Source: Podarcis gaigeae (Eukaryota). From it: a stretch of DNA of 64,000 nt. Positions 24,581 through 36,028 of the stretch are shown here, in pieces; position 1 is the stretch's first letter, and every line of letters starts with the position of its first letter. Both the position numbers and the translations under genes were made by a program. The stretch lies in NCBI GenBank assembly GCA_964106915.2, contig OZ066919.1; one strand, given 5' to 3'. The notes beneath the pieces were generated by a model. The model saw only the letters and a list, made by a program, of their open reading frames with translations, was not told the DNA's origin and ran no database searches.

Positions 24581-26540
24581 GTGAGTTGACGTGGCGCCAC
24601 CTGAACCTTTATGCGAGCTAAAAATCGTTTACAGCATTTAGCATAAATGCTTTTACCCCTTGCAACAAAGGGGGAAAGTACAACTGAGTATACTTATGCT
24701 AGGAGGAACAACATGGCAGGTGATTATATTTTAAAGTTGGAATCCTAATTGGTTATCTGACGAGGATAAACCTGTAAGCCTGGGTGAGGCATTAGTGGGA
24801 AAAGTGTATAAGCTGTGACATTTGCTGCTTTAGGATTGTAATAAATGTAATAGTAATGTAATGTGCAGGACCCAATGTAACCCTCTTACATGTGTAAAAA
24901 GCACTTTACTTCTCATATATTGGGATCAAATAGACCCCAATTAAATCACAAGTTGTGGGTTGGTGGGGGTTTTTAAAGATGTATTTGGCAATTACTCCAG
25001 TGTAATGTAAAATATGAAATTGTATTAAGGATTATTGTTTATAACACAGGAGAAAGTACCAACCTGCGCTCTTCATAGAAATAGTATCTGGTGTCTTTAA
25101 TGACTTCGCCATTTGAATTCATATGGAGTCTAATTCACCCCAGTAGCACTTGTGTACTTTTCCCTTGTGACCATGTGGGGGCAAGGGGGTGGTGAATGTG
25201 AACATCTCATTATGTTAAGTGCATCACCAATAAGACATGGCTATTGTGAAGTTAAGTGACAGTTTTCACCTGGCTGAAATTATTAGACTCTCTCCACCAC
25301 CACCTCATTCCAAGTCCATCTTCTGTGAACAAAGGGGCAAACATGGCTTCTCCAACTATATAGGACAACATAATTCCTATCAGGAATGTGCTTCCTTTAA
25401 TAAGCTTTCATATTTTATACAAAGTCTCAGTGTGAATATCTTTCAACTAAAGTTGTGCTCCAAGTATAGGTTATCTTAACAAAAGTTAACTTCAGTTTCT
25501 GCATATAAAACTCTGCATGTCAACAGCATGCAGATGAAGGAATCATGGTTGTATTTTAATATTTGGTTGGGAGCCGCCCAGAGTGGCTGAGGAAATTATT
25601 ATTATGGTTAGAAAGGGGTCCTGTTTCAAAACCTTCATGCACGTGCATTTTGAGGTTGTATGGTCCCACGGGCTTTTTCTCAGGGTGCAAATAGATTCTT
25701 CCTAGACATTCTGATGCAAAACCATACTGCTTTTCTTAAGGCCATCATGACCTAAACAGCATATTGTGTGTGGCAGTGAGGAGGGCAACAACTCCAGTTA
25801 ATAGTTTATGCTTAATTAACCCTGCCTCGGCACTGAGATGATTTCTGGGGTCACCTTCCCGCATAACACCTCACACAGTTCTATATTCCTGTCATTTCCT
25901 CCTTTCGCGTTCCACAGCACTGCACAAAGGAAAGCCCCATACCTGTCAGGCGAGATTCTCGGTGAGTATAAATCAGCAGCGCTCCAAAGATCTAGGGCTG
26001 CCTTGCACCAACTAAGAACCGAGAGGCTGGATTTTCTTTCTTTCTATCTTGCGGATTAAACAACCCTTTAAAACTTTTATTAAGCATTTTGGTTCCTTCC
26101 AAGCCTGGGCTCCTGCTTTGCTAAGCAACTTTCCTGATGAGCACCTTGCAGTTTGCACTCAGCTTCCTCCCGGTTCCAATTGGAATGCGTCCTGCCGTGC
26201 TGCCGGATGCAGGCAGCCATTTGTTAAGCGTGTGAGGCAGTGACAGCAGTTTAATCCGAATAGGCCTCTGCTGGAGTCAATTCATTTATTTCACTAAGAA
26301 AAATGTCAGCTGAAAATTAGAAAATAGGCATGTAACAAAGGATGGGCAAACAACCCTTTCCCAGTGACACATGTCCTCGTGTTAGCCGCTTATTTGTTTG
26401 TTTTTGTGGAGTTTCCTTTGGGCGGGGGGGAGTCAGTATACTGAAAGGAGGAGCATGTCAGTAAGTGCTCATTCATGCAGCATAAGGTAAGAAAGAAAAC
26501 ATTAAGCATTGTTTTCACCCACTGACTAGAAACTTTAAGA

Positions 26541-27257
26541 ATTTCCAGAGGGACAGTCTGTGGCAGCAAAGAACAACAAGGAAGAATACTGTGGCACCTT
26601 TTAAATGGACACATTTATTATGGCATAACCTTCATTGACACATCCTGCTTCATCAGATATGTGACGTAATACCCTAAATTACAGAAATATGTACACATGG
26701 TTGGGCATTTGTATGTAAACACTGAGGTCAGAAGGAAACAAAATGCAGAAAAATTCAGATAATGCTAATTGTTTACAGTGGCCATTCACACAAAAACAGT
26801 TGTTGATAACAGGCATTGGCAATCCAATTGACACATGTAGTGTGATTTTAAAAACAACAGCCTACCTTTGTCCCGATTTAGTCCGCAGGTGATAGTATTG
26901 AACATCTTGATGCATTGTAATTTGGCAGTTTCATATGACAAGTCTCCGTTTGATGTTCCACTGTTCAGGAGTGTAACTTTAAGGTCAGTTACAGAAAGCC
27001 CTCTTTGTGTGAATAGCCATTGTTAATAACATAGTTGTCATCATCTGTACTTTCTGCATTTAATTTCGTTCTAATCTCACTGTTTACAATCCCACTCCTG
27101 TCCCTAAACATTTATATTTTCCTGTAACTCAGGATAACATTCCATGTCTCAAGTGGAATGTAGTCCATGAAAGTTTGTTTGTTATTTGTTAGTCTTTGCC
27201 ACTGGCTTTTTGTTGTTTTTTCCTGCAACAGACTAACATGGTTACCCCTATGGAAAT
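26541..27257. mobile_element. Old Penelope-like insertion with inverted arms and decayed hammerhead motifs
   Basis: About 26541-26800 is a diverged reverse complement of about 26997-27257. CTGATGA lies on the minus strand at 26650-26656; tgga-atgtag-tcca-t-GAAA on the plus strand at 27154-27172. Confidence 0.7.
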
Positions 27258-27557
27258 TAATAATAGTAGAGAACTACTAAGCAAGATAACGCTCTTTCTT
27301 GGTAAAGGCATAGACCAAAGCACGGGGTAATATTCTCAGCTTGACTTCTCCTTTGAGTAATCAAGTTCAATGAGGTTTAGGAAGATTCTTCAGACAATCT
27401 TGCTCCCTATAGGTTACTGCTATCAGTGTTCATACTTTGGAATAAACTCCTGTTAAGATTTAACACCTGGCCTATATACAAAGCAGGATGAGGTAGTAGA
27501 GTAGACCACTACTTTCGACTGCAGGTAGGAGATGCCTTTTTATTGTTTCTCCGCATA

Positions 27558-27906
27558 AAGGTAAAGGGGCCCCTGACCATTAGGTCCAGTCATGACCGAC
27601 TCTGGGGTTGCAGCGCTCATCTCACTTTATTGGCCGAGGGAGCTGGTGTACAGTTTCCGGGTCATATGGCCAGCATGACTAAGCCACTTCTGGCGAACCA
27701 GAGCAGCACACAGAAACGCCGTTTACCTTCCCGCCAGAGCGATACCTATTTATCTACTTGCACTTGATGTGCTTTTGAACTGCTAGGTGGGCAGGAACTG
27801 GGACCGAGCAACGGGAGCTCACCCCGTCGTGGGGATTCGAACCGCCAACCTTCTGATCGGCAAGTCCTAGGCTCTGTGGTTTAACCTGCAGTGCCACCCG
27901 CGTCCC
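27558..27906 (-). mobile_element. Sauria SINE (subfamily A)
   Basis: Homologous to the 15748 copy; 11-bp TSD ttctccgcata at 27547-27557 and 27922-27932. Confidence 0.9.
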
Positions 27907-29426
27907 TTATCCTTATCCTTATTCTCCGCATATCCTGCTGCAAATAGAAAAGTAGCATTTCTGGGAGGGAAGTTTAGCTCTCACTCTGCTCTGCAAGATT
28001 TCTGTTTACTGGGAGCTGCTGCCTTTTGAAAAATACATGGAAGCATTTAAATGTAATTTCCCACTGACAAAGCTGCAGCTTAAGAGAAGAAACTTTATGC
28101 TGCAACAATTCTGTATTAAAGTAGATGCTAATGACTGTAGGATATATGAAGGGGGTGGGCAGAGGAGACCTTCTTAGTCTTGTTCTCTGATGGCATGCTC
28201 CCTGAAGATTAAAGTGATGTGGGTGGAAGCAATGGATTTGACAGTGCTAGCAAATGTTGTACAGTGCAGGACAAAAAAAAAATCATTCCTGCTTTGGTGA
28301 AGGCAGTGCATTCAAATGGTTGCACCAGGAGATTCTGCTTCCTAGCTCTAACTCACCTTGGGCAAATCACTAAATTACTAAGTGCCTTAAGTTGCCTCCT
28401 CTCGAAAATCAGCATAGCTATATTTATCTATTGTTCTTGCCTGTGGTGGCGTGGGTGGCCTAGTGCTTGAAAAGTACCTTTAGATCCTGGGATAAAAGAT
28501 TCTATAGAAGAGCAAAGTAACATTATTATTACAGTAATAGCTTGAGGCCGTGTACTAATGCCATCATAAGCTGTAGTAGGAATGGGTTTGCACAGCCATT
28601 CCACGTTATAAACTGTAATATTCTGTTTTATTTTTAGGAGAAGGGATGGGGGATTATTGAAATTATCCTCTTTTGATGGTGGCATGAAACCCTGATTTTA
28701 TAATCGCAATTCTAATTAGAGCTCTCAAGCTTTCAAAGATTGTTAACATCATTAAAACATTTATCCTGGGCAGATAACAGCAAGTGTTGGCTGCCTTTTC
28801 AATAGGAATCCAGATAAAAGGGCGCTCTTAAGGGTTCTGTGGGCAGAATGAATCCTGAGACTGTAATGATTTGCCATGTTCTAGGCATGCTATCTATCAG
28901 CCGGCAATTAGGTTAATATTGGTTAAAGGGCCACTTAACCTAGTAATCGGCTCCCTATAGCTCTTCTAAGAGTGTCGGTTTTTTTAAGATGATACCTGTA
29001 GTTTTGGCCTGAATTAGGATTTCTATTTTGGATTAGGTTGACCATAGCAATTAATATCCCATCTTTAATTTCTTACTTGTCTGTGGGTGTCATAACTGTG
29101 CATTATTATTCAAAGGTATAAATTCTGCCTTTGAAATGGAAGAATGAAAAGGTAGCTTTAACTAAAGGCTGCTAAAAGGAATGGAATCTCAGTCCATGGA
29201 AAACACAAGTTGTGTTTTGTCAGAGACACAAAAGGTTGCAAAATTTACAGCAATGCTTTCTTATGTGGTTTTGAGACCAGTGGAATGTTTGAAATACCTT
29301 TACTTCAGAGTAAATTTGGATAGGGTTTTGAAAAACTGTGAGAAACTACATGGTTTGTATATTTTCATCAAGAGCATTATATAATGCACTTTCCCAGGAA
29401 GTACCTGTCTTGTCTATGGGTACTTA

Positions 29427-29537
29427 GAAATCATAGAATTGTAGAGTTGGAAGGGTCCTTGAGGATCATCTAGCCCAACCCTCTGCAATGCACAAATATG
29501 CAGCTGTCCTATACAGGGATCAAACCTGCATCCTTGG
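29427..29537 (-). mobile_element. SINE fragment with CR1-type tail
   Basis: atcatagaattgtagagttggaagggtccttgaggatcatctagcccaaccc has the same tail as 10174. A tail-only copy lies at about 35236-35283. Confidence 0.65.
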
Positions 29538-30471
29538 ATGGATGTGATGTTTGCATAGGGGTTATGTTTGAAAAATCAAACATGTGTAGGCCCAAACCAC
29601 ATGATGGTTAACCTATATTAAATACAGAAAACAACCATGCAAAATTTGCAAACTAAATCTAGGCAGCTATAAATTTGGAGGAGGGACAGACATACCAGGG
29701 GTGGGTGCAATCCTGCTAAACCATCACAAAGTTTTTGTCAATTCATCTAAATCAGCTCATTTACCGGACGCATGCTCAACTAGATTTCAGAAGCTCTGTA
29801 GCATGTGGCATGGTGAATTTAAGATAGCTTGCAAGATAAGTGGAGGGTAAACAATCACAGAAGTGTCCTTAATATATCTAATTCACAAAAAAATAATGCT
29901 GATAATACAGCTTTAAAACACATCATTATTTATTGAAGTCAAATTAAATCAGCATTCAAATATACTTGAGAAGAAGGGGAATTTGTGGGAGATTCTTTAC
30001 CTCCAGTAGGTTTTTATTCTGTTTATATACTGTGACCAAAATGAATCCCACTGACTTTAGTGCGTAAGCTTGGAGAAGGAAGAAGCTCTATTTTGATCAG
30101 AGTGAAAGAGAGAGGCACGCACATAATCCATGATTAAAATGATGATAGAGAAGACCATACAAAGGATTTAGGAATACAGGACAACTGCTATGATTCTCCA
30201 AGGGCAACAACTCTTTGAAGAGCTTGTGTTGCTGTGATGTGCAGCGATAGCAGATCTCACATTTGGTAGCATTTACGTGTTTAATGTTAAGCCTCTTTCA
30301 AAGATTCTGTCTAAAGTGTTTCTTTGTGGTTTATTTAAGTTTCTTTGTGGAAGGAGATTTGACTAAGGCTGCAGAAAGTGGTAGGATGGTATAGGGTGCT
30401 GTTGTTATTGTGCTTTCACAGAATGAGCTGCCATCAGTACAGCAAGCTGGGGTGTTGCAAGAAATCAAGTG

Positions 30472-30473
<2 letters not shown>

Positions 30474-30525
<52 letters not shown>

Positions 30526-30536
30526 GCACACACACA
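30474..30536. repeat. Compound (CT)n(CA)n microsatellite
   Basis: Seen directly. Confidence 0.95.
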
Positions 30537-30885
30537 AAAAAACCACATTTTTTATATATATGGCACAGTTGCACCATGAAGTACGGACAGTTTGCTAAAG
30601 AGATCTGGACTGTATCTGGTAGTATAATCACCCCCACTTTAGCTGTAGATCCACCCACTCAGTTGTATGGCACAACATGTATTACATTCTTCACTGTGAG
30701 TTACTACCCTTTTTCATTACTTTGAATCCCAACTCACCCTCATTTCCAATACGAGCTCAGATTTTGTCAGCAGCCCTATTTAAAGGAGCGTCTCATCCTG
30801 TTTCAGCCTGATAATGGCAATGAAAATATAAAGGAGACAGAAAGAGACGTACATGTACTAGTTGTCTGTTATGCTCCCCCTCAAT

Positions 30886-31356
30886 CAGGGCCGGATTTAG
30901 GTTTGATTTAGGTATGATGAGGCCCTAAGCCAGGCATAGGCAAACTCAGCCCTCCATATGTTTTGGGACTACAACTCCCATTATCTCTGACCACTGGTCC
31001 TGTTAGCTAGGGATGATGGGAGTTTTAGTCCCAAAACATATGGAGGACTGAGTTTGCCTATGCCTGCCCTAAGCTCCTGAAGGTAATGGGGCGCTTTATA
31101 TGTCCTGCTGTCCTTTGTCAACAACAAATTGTCGCTGTTTTTTGTGTTGAATATATGCTATGTGGTAATTTATGGACCTAATAGGTATCTAAAGCCCATT
31201 TGCACATAACAAAATATGTATTTTATCAAAGTAATGGTTGAACTGAAATACAATTAAGAAGAAATATAGCAATAGTGAATTTTTGGGGGAGGGAGGAGCC
31301 AAGAGAGTGGGGCCTTAAGCTATAGCTTGTTTAGCTTATACATAAATCTGGCACTG
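30886..31356. mobile_element. hAT-type non-autonomous element hosting a nested MITE
   Basis: TIRs cagggccggattta and taaatctggcactg; degenerate 8-bp TSD ccctcaat/ctttcaat. Confidence 0.75.
30931..31066. mobile_element. 136-bp palindromic hAT MITE (nested)
   Basis: TIRs caggcataggcaaactcag and ctgagtttgcctatgcctg; perfect 8-bp TSD ccctaagc. Confidence 0.92.
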
Positions 31357-32071
31357 CTTTCAATGCTTTCAATCCATTTAGTCAGTCATTGTGGCTGGTC
31401 CCACACCACATCCCTGCATATATTCTAGCCCCCATCCCACCCCAATCTCTGTTTTTTTGGAGGGGGGCATAAGAATGGTTCTTGATCACATGTACAGTTG
31501 TGCACAGGGTCCATTTGTGCATAATGCCTGTTGTATGAAAAGTGGGACCAGCAGTCACAGTGATCTCCTTCGTGCATTGATTGAACATGTGGAGAGAGAG
31601 AACAGTAGCTGTTTTATCTGTGAATATTATATCATTGTGCCAATGTTATGTTCCACTTGCCTCATGCTCTCATCACTATCGGAGCATTCTCTTGTGATCA
31701 ACTTGCAGAGTTTATCGTACCCCATTGGTGTATGTGTGCCTGTTGTTCATTAAACTGTGACCTGCAATGAGAGCCATTCCGTTAATGAACTCATCTTTTA
31801 ATTCAAGGACTTCACACTTTCTCTTCTATAGGCTAATATATTTGCCATTTGTGCTTTGCTTAGCACTCAAGTTTACAGCTTGCAATAATTGTAACTAGTT
31901 TTGACTTTCTCCCCTTTGAATTACTGCATGGCAAAAGGAAAAAAGAAATACTCTATCATGAGCTCATTCAGAAGATGAGAGAATCAAGGTTGAAAATGAT
32001 GGGGCTGGGAACGCAGCTAGGTACAACTTCCGTTCTTTTTGTAAGACTCACTATGGATTTTACATTTTCAG

Positions 32072-32189
32072 AATTGTGTGTGAGATGGGACAGGCTGAGC
32101 CTGACATCAGTTCCGGCCCTGCACTTCTCTGCATCGGAGAGTGCAAGTCAGAATTTGTGGCCAAGTCTGCACAGCATTACACATTTGTG
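32072..32189 (+). CDS. PLXNA2: Plexin-A2 coding exon (IPT/TIG), 118 bp
   Basis: ttttcag|A ... GTG|gtaagt. Translates [39 protein letters not shown]; phase fits the previous exon. Confidence 0.95.
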
Positions 32190-32378
32190 GTAAGTACCAG
32201 TGCAGTCAAATTCTTACCAAATAAGAAAAAGAGTCTTTCCACCTCTTACAAATTAATATTTACTGGGGATACAGAATTTTTCCAAAGGTATATAAATGGT
32301 TTATTATCCATGCTTTGATGATGATCCAGCAAATGTTTAGTTGATAAACTGTAATCATGTTTAGCATACCAGCTATCA

Positions 32379-32727
32379 CATACCCTCCAAAATTTCTCCA
32401 ATAAAAACAGGGATGTCCCATTTCATAATTATAATTTTACTGTTTATAGCCCACACATTTTACTGGGTTGCCCCAGCCACTCTAGGCAGCTTCCAACATA
32501 CCGGTATATAAAAACATAATAAAACATTAAACTTTTTTTAAAACTTTCCTATACAGGATTGCCTTCAGGCAGCTCAGGGGTCAGATAACTCCATACACTC
32601 CAAATTTCTCCAATGAAAATAGGGACGCCCTAAGGAAAAGTGGGACATTCCGGGATCAAATCAGAAACCAGGATGGCTTCTCTAAATCAGGGATGTCCCT
32701 GGAAAATAGGGACACTTGGAGGGCCTG
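32379..32727. mobile_element. Non-autonomous DNA element with an internal LINE 3'-end segment
   Basis: TIRs cataccctccaa and ttggagggcctg, flanking direct repeat ctatca, and repeated subterminal agggac/agggatgtccc motifs. Confidence 0.7.
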
Positions 32728-33237
32728 CTATCAGGATATGATCGATCATTTGCTTTTGCATTACTGTCATCTTATTAACTTGGATATGTCTTCCTCGACT
32801 TCTTCTCAGCTTGGTCGCAGTTTAGTAAAGTAGTATTTGAAAGCATATCACAATAAATTAAATGTGGCTCCATTGCAGTGCCAGTGACTGTCCCCAAATT
32901 GCAGCTTCATGTGATATCTTGATCTATGTGATAAGTTGTTAAGAAATGTAAAGTCTGTTGTGTGAGAGGGCTGTGGAGAAGTGTTTTCTAGTGACCAGCA
33001 CATGGAGGGGGGGGGACATCATATTTGAGCTCGCCATTAAGATTTAACGTGTAACAACTCCTTTTGTATTTTGATAGAATAGTTTTATATATTAATTTTG
33101 TTACTTTTCTACTTTTCCCCCTTTATTACTCAGGCACATAATGATACCTGGGCTTTGTTTCTTTAGACAGCCATGTACTCTCCACCTGCTTGAATGATAA
33201 AAAAGAGCAGTCATGAATTTATACATTCCTACTTACT

Positions 33238-33601
33238 GGGACGCAGGTGGCGCTGTGGGTTAAAGCCTCAGCGCCTAGGACTTGCCGATCGAAAGGTCGG
33301 CGGTTCGAATCCCTGCGGCGGGGTGCGCTCCCGCTGCTCGGTTCCAGCGCCTGCCAACCTAGCAGTTCGAAAGCACCTCCGGGTGCAAGTAGATAAATAG
33401 GGACCGCTTACCAGCGGGAAGGTAAACGGCGTTTCCGTGTGCAGCTCTGGCTCGCCAGATGCAGCTTTGTCACGCTGGCCACGTGACCCGGAAGTGTCTC
33501 CGGACAGCGCTGGCCCCTGGCCTCTTAAGTGAGATGGGCGCACAACCCCAGAGTCTGTCAAGACTGGCCCGTACGGGCAGGGGTACCTTTACCTTTACCT
33601 T
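33238..33601 (+). mobile_element. Young full-length Sauria SINE (subfamily B)
   Basis: Head gggacgcaggtggcgctgtgg, B box ggttcgaatcc, (ACCTTT)n tail, CpG-rich; 8-bp TSD tacttact. Confidence 0.93.
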
Positions 33602-33705
33602 TACTTACTACCGAAGGCCTTAAAATTCCCAATGTATTTGTCCATTGTATTATAGGAGAAGCAATTTTCCTCCCACTGGTCATGCAAGGCTTTGCATTTC
33701 TAGAG

Positions 33706-33841
33706 TAGTGTTTCGCAAACTGGGGTCTCCAGCTGTTTTTGGACTACAGTTCCCATCGCCCCAGACCATTGGTCCTGCTATCTAAGGATGATGGGAGTTG
33801 TAGTCCAGCAACAGTTGGAGAGCCAAGTTTGGGAAACTCTG
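33706..33841. mobile_element. 136-bp palindromic hAT MITE
   Basis: Perfect 8-bp TSD ttctagag at 33698-33705 and 33842-33849; inverted core. Confidence 0.9.
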
Positions 33842-35772
33842 TTCTAGAGGTTGTGTAACTCACGGGGAAATGAAGAAGAATTAAACGAAGACTTATTTAG
33901 GGGTGAGAGAAGTAGTGGTTAAAAATAGTAGAAAGAAATATAATTTCCAGCATATAAAAAAGAATCATGGAGCAACTTTCTCCCTTATGACTACACTATT
34001 CTATGCAATAAAAAGACATTAACTAAAATTGGGATTTAGTACTTAAACATTACAGTCCACATTGTATAAAGGAAACTCGGTTCTGATCCAGACTAATAGT
34101 GTGTCCATGAAGCCCTCTGTTAAGCCTGACTTAAGCCTGCTTAAAGTGGTTTACAAATAAAAAGGAAAATTAATAATCCAACCATTAAAACACAAATTAA
34201 CAAACTAAAGGTAATGTGGGGCCCTAACATCAACCATAACTTTGGTTCGATCTAGTGATTAATTTGTGGGGCAAATGTTTTGTCAAACTTAAATCTCCCA
34301 TTGCCCCTAGACTGCTTATTATCAGTTTATGTGTTATGCTTATATTGTTACATACATAACAGTGTATGTATTATGCTTGCACTAGTGCCTTGTAAAATCA
34401 TGTTATATCCTCACCCAAAAGTAAGGCTGACTTTTACCGCTTATAGGTATCTTCTGTGCCAAAGAGTGTCTTTGCAATGTGAGTTTGCAATACTTTTGAT
34501 ATCTCCCTCCCTCTTTGTCATCCTGCCGAGGATGCATAATTCTTTCTCTCCCCACGCCCTACTTTCACAATGGAAAGAATAATGAGAACACTTATTACTC
34601 TGGAATTTAATTAATAGAATTAATCTATGGAGTTGCCTCTTTCTATTATGTTACACATGCATTCAGAACACTATGGAATAGTTTTGTGTAGCTGCTAAAA
34701 ACAAGGTTTTCTTGTACTGCTTATGCTGAAAAGTAAAGATTTCTTTCTCTTCTATCTCTCTCCTCAATCCTCCCCCACTTTCTTTTGCATCTTTGCTTGA
34801 TTTACAGTGGTATTTCTCCATTTAGGTAGCAAATGGATGCTAATTCAATAGAGGTTCCATTTATCTGCTTAATCCAGAGTTCCTCATTGCAGCCTTCCAT
34901 TCCTGAAGCGATCATTGCACTCTTCTGTTATTTAATTATCAACCATTTTGTTCATATGATTGCAAGTCGCACCTGGGGCTTTTCTGCATTCCCTCTTTTG
35001 CCTAAACAAGGCATTTTATCCAGCCTCATTGATTTTGTGTTGACTGCATGCTAGTGCTTACCAATTGTCCACAATTTGTATAGTAATTGATAGATGAGTC
35101 AGTTAGCACCTGCCTTCCCATCACTTTTATGAGCAACATGCTAGAATGGAAACTTAATTTAGTGGTGGCACAATATTACTTTAATGGTGGCACGTGAACA
35201 GCTTGCAGAAGACAAGGAGTCAAGAGATCAGAGTTCACAGAATCACAGAACTGTAGAGTTGGAAGGGACCCTAAGGATCATCTTAGCAGAAAACATTTTA
35301 ATATTTTTATTTACTTATTATATTTTATTTTATTATGCCTTCTAGTTTTATTACTAAAACACCAAGGCAATGGTGGGGTTGCTTTGGTGACATCTTGGTG
35401 CATTTGGTGCTGCATCAAGAAAGCTATATGTAATGTGATGGGGGAGAGCCCTTCATTGAGGAAGCACACAGTCTTCCTTAAGCCTAAAGAAATCCTGCTA
35501 AAGCCTAACGAAATATGCACCCATGGGTGCTAGAGATGAATCAAGCCATAACTTTAAAGGCTGCCTCAGATGCTAAGGACAAAATTGTTTAAAGAGCTTA
35601 AGGCCTGCTTTTGAACATACTTTCAGGCATATTTTTGAACTGAGAGGCCTTGCTTGTTGATAAACATAGAAGTTTTACTCAGAGTAGACCTGTTTAATGG
35701 ACCTAACTTAGTCATGTAACTTAATTTTAATGGGTCTCTTCTTAGTAAGCCTTAGTTGAAAACCATCCATAG

Positions 35773-36028
35773 CAGGGGTCAGCAACCTTTTTCAGTGGGC
35801 TGGTCCACTGTCCCTCAGACCATGTGGTGGGCTGGACTATATTTTTTGGGGGGGGGAGGAGAATATGAATGAATTCCAATGCCCCACAAATAACCCAGAG
35901 ATGCATTTTAAATAAAAGCACACATTCTACTCATGTAAAAACACGCTGATTCCCAGACCGTCCGCGGGCCAGATAGAGAAGGTGATTGGGCTGCATCCGG
36001 CCCCCGGGCCTTAGGTTGCCTATCCCTG
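35773..36028. mobile_element. hAT (Charlie-like) MITE
   Basis: TIRs caggggtcagcaacct and aggttgcctatccctg; perfect 8-bp TSD atccatag. Confidence 0.9.
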
